A stretch of 64,000 nucleotides of DNA from Vulcanimicrobiota bacterium (GCA_031420415.1 JANOMT010000039.1:12818-76817); one strand, 5' to 3'. Shown: positions 28,543 to 37,472, counted from the stretch's first letter. Made by a program: numbers and translations. Notes: a model not told the origin generated them from the sequence alone.

Positions 28543-29631
28543 TTGCCGACCACACTCTTACGCGTTCTCTTTATGGTCGTCTTCGCAATTACGGGCTTTT
28601 TGCTCGGTCGCGAAGCGTACGTTCACCTCATCTCGATCCATGTCGCGAGCCAGATTTGGCTCATCGCACTCACCGTCATCGTGCCCGTGGTGGGTGCGGT
28701 TGCGGGGCTCTTCATCGCGCCGGTCGTGCAGTCGCTCTTTGAAGTCGAACTGCGGTCGGTCGAAACGACGATGGAGCGCTTGGCGCCGGGGGAAGTCCTC
28801 GGCGGTGCACTCGGCCTCGTGCTCGGCCTCGTCGTGGCATTTTTAATCAAGAGCGTTCTGCTCGATTCGGTCGCGACGGCGGGCCGTGCGGGCGGCTACG
28901 TCGCCAACGTCGCCTATATCGTCCTCAGCGTCTTCGCGGCGTTTTTGGGCACGCGGCTTGGCGCGAAACAACGCTTGGGCGGAGCGACGCGAGCGAATGC
29001 GAGCGGTGCGAGTCGCCCACCCGCGCAAGCGAAGCTCATCGATACGTCGGTCATCGTCGACGGTCGCGTCATCGAGATCGTCGAGAGCGGCTTTCTCGAA
29101 GGGCCACTCGTCTTACCGCGCTTCGTCTTACGCGAACTGCATCTCATCGCGGACTCCGTCGATTCGATGAAGCGCACGCGTGGCCGTCGTGGCCTCGAGG
29201 TTCTCGCGAAACTTCAGGAGTTAACCACACTCGAGATCGTCGATGAGGATTATGCCGATATCGCGGGCGTGGATGCGAAACTCGTGCGCTTGGCCCGCGA
29301 TCGCGGCGCGAAACTCGTCACGAACGACTACAATCTCAATCGCGTCGCGCACGTCGAGGGCGTCGTCGTCCTCAATATCAACGAACTCGCGGGTGCGGTC
29401 AAGCCCGCCGTCTTGCCCGGCGAGGAGATGCACGTCACGATCGTGCGCGATGGCAAAGAGCCGCATCAGGGCGTCGGCTATCTCGACGACGGCACGATGA
29501 TCGTCGTGGAAAACGGCCGTCGGCTCATGGGCGAAGAGACCGACGTTCAGGTAACGAGCGTCTTGCAAACCGTTGCCGGCCGGATGATCTTCGCGAAGAT
29601 CAAGGCGAAGACGGGTGCTGCAAACCCATGA
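28543..29631 (+). CDS. yacL: PIN/TRAM domain membrane protein (YacL family)
   Basis: N-terminal TM helices, a PIN region (LIDTSVIVDGR), and a C-terminal TRAM-like end (VQVTSVLQTVAGRMIFAKI). It sits directly upstream of ispD, as in Bacillus. TTG start. Confidence 0.85.
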   Translation: MPTTLLRVLFMVVFAITGFLLGREAYVHLISIHVASQIWLIALTVIVPVVGAVAGLFIAPVVQSLFEVELRSVETTMERLAPGEVLGGALGLVLGLVVAFLIKSVLLDSVATAGRAGGYVANVAYIVLSVFAAFLGTRLGAKQRLGGATRANASGASRPPAQAKLIDTSVIVDGRVIEIVESGFLEGPLVLPRFVLRELHLIADSVDSMKRTRGRRGLEVLAKLQELTTLEIVDEDYADIAGVDAKLVRLARDRGAKLVTNDYNLNRVAHVEGVVVLNINELAGAVKPAVLPGEEMHVTIVRDGKEPHQGVGYLDDGTMIVVENGRRLMGEETDVQVTSVLQTVAGRMIFAKIKAKTGAANP

Positions 29632-30323
29632 TTTTCGCCGCAATCGTCGTGGCTGCGGGGAGCGGCGTCCGTTTCGGGCGCCAGAAACAACTCGTCGAGG
29701 TGGCCGGCCGGCCGCTCGTAGCGTGGTGTCTCGAGACGTTTGGTGCGATGGCCGAACTCGGCGAACTCATCATCGCGACGGAAGAAGAACATCTCGCGAC
29801 GATGGCCGATCTCGCGCGCACCTACGCGCCGACTCTTCGCACGACGGTCGTGCGTGGTGGCGCGACGCGCCAAGGCTCGGTGCGTAACGCCCTCGCTGCG
29901 GTCTCGCCGACGTGCGACGCGGTCTTCGTGCACGACGGAGCGCGGCCGCTCGTGCGTGTAGCCGACATCCGCGCCGCAATGGCGCTCGTGGCACCGGGGA
30001 CGGGCGCGCTTCTGGCTGCCCCCGTCGTCGACACGATCAAAGTCGTCGCAGCCGATCACGCGACGGTGATGCGCACCCTCGATCGCTCGGAACTCTGGGC
30101 CGCGCAGACACCGCAATTCGGCACGCTCGTCGACCTGCGCGCCGCCCATGCGGTGGCCGAACGTGCGGGTGATGAAGCGACCGACGACGCGATGCTCCTC
30201 GAACGCGCAGGGCACCGGGTCGTCGTCGTTCGCTCGAGTGGTGAAAATTTCAAGGTGACGATGTCGGCCGATCGCGATCTCGCCGAGACGATTTTGCGCG
30301 AGCGGGCGATGGTTGCGCCGTGA
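29628..30323 (+). CDS. ispD: 2-C-methyl-D-erythritol 4-phosphate cytidylyltransferase
   Basis: AAGSGVRFG..KQ motif, HDGARP, and ATGA coupling to yacL. Confidence 0.9.
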   Translation: MIFAAIVVAAGSGVRFGRQKQLVEVAGRPLVAWCLETFGAMAELGELIIATEEEHLATMADLARTYAPTLRTTVVRGGATRQGSVRNALAAVSPTCDAVFVHDGARPLVRVADIRAAMALVAPGTGALLAAPVVDTIKVVAADHATVMRTLDRSELWAAQTPQFGTLVDLRAAHAVAERAGDEATDDAMLLERAGHRVVVVRSSGENFKVTMSADRDLAETILRERAMVAP

Positions 30324-30799
30324 AGATTCGAATCGGGCACGGTTTCGACGCGCATCGACTCGTCGCGGGCCGCCCTTTCGTGCTCGGCGGCATCACGATT
30401 CCCCATCCCACGGGCCCGCTCGGGCATTCCGATGCCGACGTGCTCGCCCACGCGCTTTCCGATGCGATTCTCGGAGCATGCGCGCTCGGCGATCTCGGCA
30501 AGCATTTTCCCGATACCGATCCGGCCTGGAAGGGTGCGGATTCGATGCGTCTGCTCGAAGCGTGTATCGCCATGGCGCGCGAGCTACGATTCGAGATCTC
30601 CAACGTCGACGTCACCGTCGTCGTGCAAGTGCCGAAGCTCGGCCCGCACCTCCCCGCGATTCGCGAGCGTCTCGCGACGGTGCTTCGCATCGAAATCGGC
30701 GACGTGAGTGTTAAAGCAAAAACGAGCGAAGGTATGGGGTATACGGGCGATGGGACCGGAATCGCCGCCTATGCCGTCGCCGCCCTCGTCCGATTGTGA
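30320..30799 (+). CDS. ispF: 2-C-methyl-D-erythritol 2,4-cyclodiphosphate synthase
   Basis: RIGHGFDAHRL, GHSDADVL.HA, DLGKHFPDTD. Confidence 0.95.
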   Translation: MKIRIGHGFDAHRLVAGRPFVLGGITIPHPTGPLGHSDADVLAHALSDAILGACALGDLGKHFPDTDPAWKGADSMRLLEACIAMARELRFEISNVDVTVVVQVPKLGPHLPAIRERLATVLRIEIGDVSVKAKTSEGMGYTGDGTGIAAYAVAALVRL

Positions 30800-31422
30800 A
30801 GGCGTCCATGTCCCTCGATCTCTCCGCACCACCGTTCTCCACGGCCGTCACGCCGGAGATGTCGCGCGCGTCGCTCGCCGATGCCGTCGGCGATGCGATG
30901 CAGGCATGTGGACTTTTGGAAACGCCTGCGCCACCCGCCGCGCTGCGCTGGATCGAGACGTTCGTTGAGGCATACGGCGCGGGGCTCACGACCGTTGGCG
31001 ACGCGATGCCGATCGTCGCGGACTTGCGCGCGGAAGCCGTTATCGTGCCCGCGTTGCAGCTCGAGAAACTGCGCAATCGTCAAGTGCTGTTCTTTCTCGA
31101 CACCGTGAGCCAATACATCGACGATCAGCCCGAACTGCGCGGCTTACCGATCGATGCCGATATCGCGACGATGGCGCGTGAATTCGGCGTCGCACCCGAA
31201 GACGCGCTGTGGGCCGTGCGCGTCGCGCTGACCGGTGCCACGGGCGGGCCGCCGCTCGACCTGCTCTTTCCCTTGCTCGGCCACGACCGGATCATGATGC
31301 GCATCGGCGCGCTCAACTCGCACGTTCTCCACGGCCGCGGTCTCGAAACGATTCCTTTCGGTCCCGATGGGAAACCATTCGCGACGATCGTCGGTCGTCG
31401 GCCCGAAAGCGAACCCGCGTGA
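30796..31422 (+). CDS. stand-alone protein resembling only the C-terminal anticodon-binding domain of glutamate--tRNA ligase
   Basis: 208 aa. The C-terminal WAVRVALTGATGGPPLDLLFPLLGHDRIMMRI matches the conserved R.A.TG...gP.L...l..LG....l.Rl end of GluRS. There is no HIGH or KMSKS region. GTGA overlap with ispF, and the cysE start overlaps its stop. It occupies the gltX slot of the Bacillus ispD-ispF-gltX-cysE-cysS order. Confidence 0.6.
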   Translation: MKASMSLDLSAPPFSTAVTPEMSRASLADAVGDAMQACGLLETPAPPAALRWIETFVEAYGAGLTTVGDAMPIVADLRAEAVIVPALQLEKLRNRQVLFFLDTVSQYIDDQPELRGLPIDADIATMAREFGVAPEDALWAVRVALTGATGGPPLDLLFPLLGHDRIMMRIGALNSHVLHGRGLETIPFGPDGKPFATIVGRRPESEPA

Positions 31423-32126
31423 GCCTGCTCTCCGATATTCTCGGCGATCTCAAAGTGCCCGTCGAGCGCGATCCTGCGGCGAAGGGCTATCTCGACGTCA
31501 TTCTTTCCTACCCGGGCTTTCACGCGGTCACCGCGCATCGGATCATTCACGAGATCAACAAGCTCGGGATCCCGCTCTTGCCACGCTTGCTCTCCAACAT
31601 CGTGCGCTTCGCAACGGGTATCGAAATCCACCCCGCAGCGGAGATCGGTAAGCGTTTTTTTATCGATCACGGGATGGGTGTCCTCATCGGTGCCACAGCC
31701 GTGATCGGGGACGACGTCACGCTCTACAAAGGCGTCACGCTCGGCGGTACGAGCCTCGGACACGGGAAGCGCCATCCCACGATCGGCAACGACGTCGTGA
31801 TCGGTACGAACGCCTCGGTGCTCGGCGCGATTACCATTGGGGACGGCTCGCGCATCGGTGCGGGTTCGGTCGTCGTGCGCGACGTCCCGCCGAAATCGAC
31901 CGTGGTCGGCATTCCGGGTCGCATCGTTCTTCTCGATGGTAAACCGGTTCCGGCATCGTCGACGCTCGTCGATATGCCCGATCCGCAAGCGTTCGTGATC
32001 CAACAACTCGCCGAACGCATCACCGCGCTCGAAGCCAAACTTGCCGAACTCGGCAACCCCACGCAACCCTCGCGGCCGGCGCAGATCAACGCGGCGATCT
32101 TCGACGACGCCTTCCCGGTCATTTAG
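31419..32126 (+). CDS. cysE: serine O-acetyltransferase
   Basis: ORF 31209..32126 trimmed to the GTG at 31419. It has GIEIHPAA.IG..FFIDHG.GVVIG and hexapeptide repeats. Confidence 0.9.
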   Translation: MSLLSDILGDLKVPVERDPAAKGYLDVILSYPGFHAVTAHRIIHEINKLGIPLLPRLLSNIVRFATGIEIHPAAEIGKRFFIDHGMGVLIGATAVIGDDVTLYKGVTLGGTSLGHGKRHPTIGNDVVIGTNASVLGAITIGDGSRIGAGSVVVRDVPPKSTVVGIPGRIVLLDGKPVPASSTLVDMPDPQAFVIQQLAERITALEAKLAELGNPTQPSRPAQINAAIFDDAFPVI

Positions 32127-32127
32127 T

Positions 32128-33666
32128 TTGCGACTGTATAATACGCGCACGCGCGCGGTCGAAACGTTCGTTCCCCTCGATGGCGATCACGTGCGCATCT
32201 ACGTTTGCGGTCTCACGCCATCGGCCGAAGCGCACCTCGGACACGCGCGCTCGTTCATGTTCTTCGACGTGCTCCGCCGCTTTCTCGTGCATCGCGGGTA
32301 CCGCGTCACGTACGTTCGCAACGTAACGGATATCGACGATCGGAGCATCGCCGAATCGCACGCGACGGGTAAGCCTTGGCGAGATGTCGTCGCCGGGTAT
32401 TTCGCGAGCTTCACGCAGTCGATGACGCGCTTGCATCTCGTCGAGCCCGACCACGAACCGCGCGCGACGGAATACGTGCCGCAGATCGTCGAGATGATCG
32501 CAGCGCTGGTCGATGCGGGCAATGCCTACGCGGCACCTGACGGCGTCTATTTTTCGGTTTCGTCGTTCCCGCGCTACGGTTCGCTCTCGGGTCGCAATAC
32601 GGACGAACTCCTCATCGGCGCGCGCATCGCACCGGACGAAGGCAAGCACGATCCCCTCGATTTCGTGCTCTGGAAATTTGCTAAACCGGGCGAACCGTCA
32701 TGGCCGTCGCCCTGGGGCGCCGGGCGTCCGGGATGGCACATCGAGTGCTCGGCGATGTCGCACGCCTTGCTCGGCGAGCCCTTCGATATTCACGGCGGTG
32801 GCTACGACCTGATCTTCCCGCATCACGAGAACGAAATCGCGCAGACCGAATCCCTCGTGCCGCCCCCCATGGCCAATGCCTGGGTCCACGGCGGGCTCTT
32901 ACTTTTCGACGGCAAGAAAATGTCGAAATCGCTCGGTAACTTCGAGCCGTTACACGCGTTGCTCGACCGTCACGATCCGCAAGCCGTGCGACTGCTCTTC
33001 TTGCAATCGGGCTATCGTAAACCGATGAACTTTACCGAAGCCTCGATCGAAGGCGCGACGACGGGGCTCCGCCGTTTGCAGGCAGCCTACGACACGTTGC
33101 GCGCGCAGAGGGACGGATCCGATTCGAGCGACGCGCACGAACATCGCCACCAAGCGATCGATCCCGTCGTCGAGACCTATCGCGACCGCTTTGAAGCGGC
33201 GCTCGATGACGACATGAACACGTCGGGTGCGTTATCGGTGCTCTTCGATATTGTGGGCGCGACGCCCCAACTCGTCCGGAGCGGCGTCGCGAGTCCCGTC
33301 GCCGCATTCGTGCACGAAGCGATGACGATACTCGGCATCTCGCCGAACGATCGCGTTAGCACGGCCGCAGCCGTCGCGACCGAACGCATCGTGACGGTCG
33401 GCTTCGCGTCGCTACGCATCGCGGGACGTGGTGGCGAGCGCCTCGTAGGTGCCACGCTCGATGATCTGCGAGCGGCCGTCGGCGACGTCGTCGCCATCGC
33501 CGGTTCATCGGGTTCCGATGCGATCGACGCGATCGTCGAGGCGCGGCTCGTCGCAAAATCGAATAAGGACTTTACGATCGCCGATCGGTTGCGCGTGGCA
33601 CTGCATGGTGCCGGTGTGACGCTTGCCGATTCCAAGGAAGGAACGTCATGGAGCGTCGACGCTTAG
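32128..33666 (+). CDS. cysS: cysteine--tRNA ligase
   Basis: ORF trimmed to the TTG at 32128 (LRLYNTRTR..). It has CGLTPSAEAHLGHARS (HIGH region), WPSPWG.GRPGWHIEC, KMSKSLGN and a C-terminal DALR-like end. It is about 45 aa longer than I expect near the C-terminus. Confidence 0.95.
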   Translation: MRLYNTRTRAVETFVPLDGDHVRIYVCGLTPSAEAHLGHARSFMFFDVLRRFLVHRGYRVTYVRNVTDIDDRSIAESHATGKPWRDVVAGYFASFTQSMTRLHLVEPDHEPRATEYVPQIVEMIAALVDAGNAYAAPDGVYFSVSSFPRYGSLSGRNTDELLIGARIAPDEGKHDPLDFVLWKFAKPGEPSWPSPWGAGRPGWHIECSAMSHALLGEPFDIHGGGYDLIFPHHENEIAQTESLVPPPMANAWVHGGLLLFDGKKMSKSLGNFEPLHALLDRHDPQAVRLLFLQSGYRKPMNFTEASIEGATTGLRRLQAAYDTLRAQRDGSDSSDAHEHRHQAIDPVVETYRDRFEAALDDDMNTSGALSVLFDIVGATPQLVRSGVASPVAAFVHEAMTILGISPNDRVSTAAAVATERIVTVGFASLRIAGRGGERLVGATLDDLRAAVGDVVAIAGSSGSDAIDAIVEARLVAKSNKDFTIADRLRVALHGAGVTLADSKEGTSWSVDA

Positions 33667-34442
33667 GATCCGGCCGCCCGCCCAACCGCAAAGATGCGAT
33701 CGATCTCGACGACGTCATCTACGGCTTGCACGCCGTGGAAGAAGCGATCGTCGGCGGCGAGGCATTACGTAAACTCTACATCGGTGACGAACGCAAGCGC
33801 GATCCCGCGCTCAAGCGCTTGCTCGAACTCGCGAACGAAACCGGCGTGAACGTTCGCTTCGAAAATCGGATGTTTTTCGCGCAGTTTCCGTATCGAGCGC
33901 ATCAGAGCGTGGTCGCGTTCGGCGTGCCGTTCGAGTACGTCACGCTCGAAGAGTCGATCGCCGCGCGCAAACCGGGATCCGGCCTCTTCGTGGTGCTCGA
34001 TCACATCACGGATCCGCATAACGCGGGCGCGATCATCCGCAGTGCCGAGTGCGCGGGAGCGACGGCAATCGTGATGCCCGAGCGCCGCGCCGCGGGCGTG
34101 AACGCAACCGTCCGCAAGGCGTCGGCCGGGGCAACCGCACACGTTCCGATCGCGCGCGTCTCCAACATCGCGGGTGCGATTCGCACGATGAAAAAAGCGG
34201 GCATCTGGGCTGCGGGCGCAGCGGGGGACACGGGCGCGACGGAGTACACTCGCGCCGATTTCACGGGCGATATCGCGATCGTCATCGGGGCCGAGGGCGA
34301 CGGCATCTCACCCGTCGTGCGCAAAGAATGCGATTATCTCGTGAAGATTCCGATGTACGGCGAAGTGAATTCACTCAACGCATCGGTCGCCGCGGGTATA
34401 TTACTCTTCGAAGCGCGTCGTCAGCGTCTCGTTAAAACGTAG
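33648..34442 (+). CDS. rlmB: 23S rRNA (guanosine-2'-O)-methyltransferase RlmB (SpoU/TrmH family)
   Basis: DHITDPHNAGAIIRSAE, G.EG.GIS and SLNASVAAGILL motifs. It is in the position of Bacillus yacO after cysS. Confidence 0.9.
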   Translation: MERRRLGSGRPPNRKDAIDLDDVIYGLHAVEEAIVGGEALRKLYIGDERKRDPALKRLLELANETGVNVRFENRMFFAQFPYRAHQSVVAFGVPFEYVTLEESIAARKPGSGLFVVLDHITDPHNAGAIIRSAECAGATAIVMPERRAAGVNATVRKASAGATAHVPIARVSNIAGAIRTMKKAGIWAAGAAGDTGATEYTRADFTGDIAIVIGAEGDGISPVVRKECDYLVKIPMYGEVNSLNASVAAGILLFEARRQRLVKT

Positions 34443-34446
34443 AGCT

Positions 34447-35670
34447 ATGCGCGCCCGTCATGTTATTTCAGCGCTCGCGTTCGCGCTCGCTTTTTCAATT
34501 GCGATCACGCCAAGCGGCGCTCGATCGCGCACGTTCAAACTCGGCCTCGATCTCCCGCTTTCCGGCATCGATGGCGCGAGCGCCATCCCCGCACGCAACG
34601 CCGTCATCCTCGCGATCGAAGAAGGCAACAAACGCGGTTTTCCCGGCGGCGTCGACGTCGCGCTCTTCGATCTCGACGACGCGGTCCAAGGTAAACACGA
34701 TCCGGCGCAAGGCGCTCAAAACCTTAGAACGTTCGTGGCCGATAGTGACGTTTTTGCGGTCGTCGGTCCGATGAATTCCAACGTTGCCAAGGCCGAAATC
34801 CCGATCGCAAACGCCGCCGGACTCGTGCAGATTTCGATGGCTGCGACCTCGATCGAACTCACCAAAGGTCCCGAAGCGCGCAAATTACGCGTCGCGTATC
34901 CCGAACGACCGACGTTCTTTCGTGTCTGCGCCTCCGACGATCGGCAAGGTGCGGCTGCCGCGCGTTACGCCATCGGTCGAGGCTTGCGGCACGCCTTCGT
35001 CATCGACGATAACGAATCGTATGGCCGCGGCCTTGCCGACGTCTTCAATACGGCGTTCCCCGCCGCGGGCGGTACGATCCTCGGGCGCGAGCACCTCACC
35101 TCGTTCGCACTCGACTACAAAGCGCTGCTTACAAAGATCCGCGGCTCGCATCCCGATGTGATCTTCTTCGGTGGGATCGTCTCGACGGGCGGGGCCGTGT
35201 TGCGCAAACAGATGGCCGACGTCGGGCTCGCGGGCGTACCGTATTTCGGTGGTGACGGCCTCGCAAGCCCGGAGTATCTGCCTCTCGCCGGAGCGTCGGC
35301 GGAAAATACGTATTTCACCCTGATCTCACCCGACCTCGGCCATTTGCCCGGCGGCTCGCGCTTCGTCGCAGCCTATCGAGCGCGGTTCGGAAGCGAGCCC
35401 GGAAGCTATAGCCCCGGCGCCTACAGCGCGGCTGTTGTCGCCCTCGACGCGCTCCGACGCTCCCTTGCGTTGCGCCAAGGCGTTAGCGCGAGCCGAGCCG
35501 ATATCGTCGTCGCCGTGGCGCGGACGAGCGGGCTCGTCACGCCGGTGGGGCGCGTCTCCTTCGATGCGAGAGGCGATTTGCGCGAGCCAACGATTAGTCT
35601 CTACCGCGTTCATGGCGGGAAGATCGAATACGTCGATCCCCGGTCGGGAGGGCGAAAACCGCTTCATTAA
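34447..35670 (+). CDS. ABC transporter substrate-binding protein (LivJ/branched-chain amino acid type), orphan
   Basis: Signal peptide, then a periplasmic-binding-protein type I pattern (LGLDLPLSG.., VVGPMNS.VA). There is no permease or ATPase adjacent. Confidence 0.85.
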   Translation: MRARHVISALAFALAFSIAITPSGARSRTFKLGLDLPLSGIDGASAIPARNAVILAIEEGNKRGFPGGVDVALFDLDDAVQGKHDPAQGAQNLRTFVADSDVFAVVGPMNSNVAKAEIPIANAAGLVQISMAATSIELTKGPEARKLRVAYPERPTFFRVCASDDRQGAAAARYAIGRGLRHAFVIDDNESYGRGLADVFNTAFPAAGGTILGREHLTSFALDYKALLTKIRGSHPDVIFFGGIVSTGGAVLRKQMADVGLAGVPYFGGDGLASPEYLPLAGASAENTYFTLISPDLGHLPGGSRFVAAYRARFGSEPGSYSPGAYSAAVVALDALRRSLALRQGVSASRADIVVAVARTSGLVTPVGRVSFDARGDLREPTISLYRVHGGKIEYVDPRSGGRKPLH

Positions 35671-35673
35671 GGC

Positions 35674-35702
35674 TTGACGCTCTTGCAGGACCCTCCTATA
35701 AT
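35674..35702 (+). promoter_or_regulatory. sigma-70-type promoter upstream of sigH
   Basis: TTGACG (35674-35679), a 17-nt spacer, then TATAAT (35697-35702). An AAGGGAG RBS lies before the ATG at 35777. Confidence 0.6.
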
Positions 35703-35776
35703 GAGCGAGGTGCGGACGGCCCGATGGGCCACGGCTTGCGTTTCCGGCCGCTTCGATTCAAGGGAGATTGTAAATT

Positions 35777-36424
35777 ATGGCGCTTGCGCAAAGCGCGGAC
35801 GGCGTGCTCGAATACCATGAACGAGCCGACGAGGACTTGGTCTCGGCCGCCAAAGGCGGCGACAATCTCGCGATGGAGTTCTTGCTAAATAAATACAAGA
35901 ACTTCGTTCGCATAAAAGCCAAGAGCTATTTTCTCATCGGTGCCGACCGCGAAGACATCATTCAAGAAGGCATGATCGGGCTCTATAAGGCTGTCCGCGA
36001 TTTCAAAGCCGACAAACTTTCGAGTTTCCGTGCATTCGCCGAACTTTGTATCACGCGCCAGATCATCACCGCGATCAAAACGGCAACGCGACAGAAGCAT
36101 ATCCCGCTCAATCAGTACATCTCGCTCAACAAGCCGATTTACGACGAAGACAGCGAGCGAACGCTCTTAGATGTGATGGCGTCGCAGAAGACGTCCGATC
36201 CCGAAGAACTCGTGATCAATCAGGAAGTCTCCGAAGATATCAAAGAGCGCATTCAAGAGAATCTCTCTGATCTCGAGTCGCAGGTCTTGCTCTCGTACCT
36301 CGAAGGCAAGAGCTATCAAGAAATGGCGCGCGATCTCAATCGTCACGTGAAGTCTATCGATAACGCGTTGCAACGCGTCAAACGCAAAATCGAAAAGAAT
36401 CTCGCCGAGATCGAACTGCCGTAG
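35777..36424 (+). CDS. sigH: RNA polymerase sigma-H factor (Spo0H ortholog)
   Basis: Long stretches match B. subtilis SigH as I recall it: SYFLIGADREDI.QEGMIGLYK, FAELCITRQIITAIKTATRQKHIPLN, LNRHVKSIDNALQRVKRK. It lies at the rlmB..sigH..rpmG-secE-nusG position. Confidence 0.88.
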   Translation: MALAQSADGVLEYHERADEDLVSAAKGGDNLAMEFLLNKYKNFVRIKAKSYFLIGADREDIIQEGMIGLYKAVRDFKADKLSSFRAFAELCITRQIITAIKTATRQKHIPLNQYISLNKPIYDEDSERTLLDVMASQKTSDPEELVINQEVSEDIKERIQENLSDLESQVLLSYLEGKSYQEMARDLNRHVKSIDNALQRVKRKIEKNLAEIELP

Positions 36425-36443
36425 GGCTCGATCCCGAAATACG

Positions 36444-36473
36444 AAAAAGAGGCGATGATTTCGCCTCTTTTTT
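36444..36473. terminator. bidirectional intrinsic terminator (sigH on plus, tRNA-Thr on minus)
   Basis: AAAGAGGCGA-tgatt-TCGCCTCTTT, flanked by an A-run and a T-run. Confidence 0.7.
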
Positions 36474-36489
36474 ATTGTTCGACGATCGA

Positions 36490-36568
36490 AGCCGGCGGTG
36501 GGACTCGAACCCACGGTGTGGTATTCCAGTTTACAAAACTGGTGCTGTCGCCGCTGAGCCACGCCGGC
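36490..36568 (-). tRNA. tRNA-Thr (anticodon UGU) with an atypically long 11-nt variable region
   Basis: Manual fold: acceptor GCCGGCG/CGCCGGC, anticodon arm CCAGT-TTTGTAA-ACTGG, T arm GTGGG-TTCGAGT-CCCAC, and variable region AATACCACACC. 79 nt, with no encoded CCA. Confidence 0.7.
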
Positions 36569-36667
36569 ACGTCGTCGCGCACACGCCGTTCGCCACGACC
36601 GTGAAGAACTCTCTCGAAATCGAGAGGACCGCGTCGTCTGATTCCGTAACGATGTGCGGTCGCACGT

Positions 36668-36750
36668 GGGTAGGTGGCCGAGTGGTTAAAGGCGACGGAC
36701 TGTAAATCCGTTCTGCATGCAGTACGGGGGTTCAAATCCCTCCCTGCCCA
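36668..36750 (+). tRNA. tRNA-Tyr (GUA), class II
   Basis: Acceptor GGGTAGG/CCTGCCC, anticodon loop CTGTAAA, variable-arm hairpin CTGCA/TGCAG, T loop TTCAAAT. Confidence 0.9.
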
Positions 36751-36758
36751 GAGTGACC

Positions 36759-36832
36759 GCGGGTGTTGCATAATGGTAATGCCCTTGCCTTCCAAGCAAG
36801 AGTCGCGGGTTCGATTCCCGCCACCCGCTCCA
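36759..36832 (+). tRNA. tRNA-Gly (UCC), CCA encoded
   Basis: Acceptor GCGGGTG/CACCCGC, anticodon loop CTTCCAA, T arm GCGGG-TTCGATT-CCCGC. Confidence 0.9.
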
Positions 36833-36840
36833 AGTTTCCC

Positions 36841-36864
36841 AGCCGCCGATCAGCGGCTTTTTTG
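36841..36864 (+). terminator. intrinsic terminator after tRNA-Tyr/tRNA-Gly
   Basis: AGCCGC-cgatca-GCGGCT followed by TTTTTT. Confidence 0.7.
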
Positions 36865-36887
36865 TCGTCTATTGGCTCTGAAATGAC

Positions 36888-37472
36888 GTGATCGTATATC
36901 ACGATGTTGATGGCGGTTTTAATAACACGTCGCCCGCTGCGTGGACGATCCTCGCGTTGCAAGGCACCTACGGACTCTGCTGGCTACTGAAAGATACGCT
37001 TTTTCCCGACGCGACTTGGCAGAAGCGGATCACGTTCGGGGGAGCGTTCTTAACATTCACGCTCGTACTCGGCATGTACTGGGTCATCCCGTTCCTCGCG
37101 ATTTCACCGATTCTCGGCGTAAATCGGCCCCAACCATCCCTCGCATTCCTGGCACTCTGTGTCGGCATCCATACGCTCGGTCTCGCGATCATGCTCGCCT
37201 CCGACGCGCAAAAGCATTTTACGCTGCGCATGAAGCGCGGCCTCATTCCCGATGAGATGTTCCGTTTCGTACGTCATCCAAATTATCTCGGCGAAATGAT
37301 GCTATACGGTGCCTACGCGCTCATCGTGCAGAGTTGGATTCCCTGGGTCATTCTCGGGGCGATCTGGTTGCAAGTCTTTACGGTCAATATGTTGCAGATC
37401 GAAGCGTCGCTCTCACGGCCCGACGGGTTTACCCGTCTCCCGCACAGCACACTTCGATCGGCTGCCTCGTAA
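36888..37472 (+). CDS. DUF1295 / isoprenylcysteine carboxyl methyltransferase-like membrane protein
   Basis: Multi-TM protein with the FRFVRHPNYLGEMMLYG motif typical of this superfamily. GTG start. Local GC looks lower than in the flanks. Confidence 0.7.
   Translation: MIVYHDVDGGFNNTSPAAWTILALQGTYGLCWLLKDTLFPDATWQKRITFGGAFLTFTLVLGMYWVIPFLAISPILGVNRPQPSLAFLALCVGIHTLGLAIMLASDAQKHFTLRMKRGLIPDEMFRFVRHPNYLGEMMLYGAYALIVQSWIPWVILGAIWLQVFTVNMLQIEASLSRPDGFTRLPHSTLRSAAS

Noticed and set aside
32128-33666. The roughly 45-aa extra segment near the CysS C-terminus as a novel inserted domain.
   Set aside because: The segment is Ala/Gly/Val-rich and unremarkable. Length variation in this linker is common, so it is noted only in the feature evidence.
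36472-36962. Track ORFs 36472..36795 (-), 36475..36705 (+), 36674..36886 (+) and 36732..36962 (-).
   Set aside because: They run through three tRNA genes and a terminator, so they are not protein coding.
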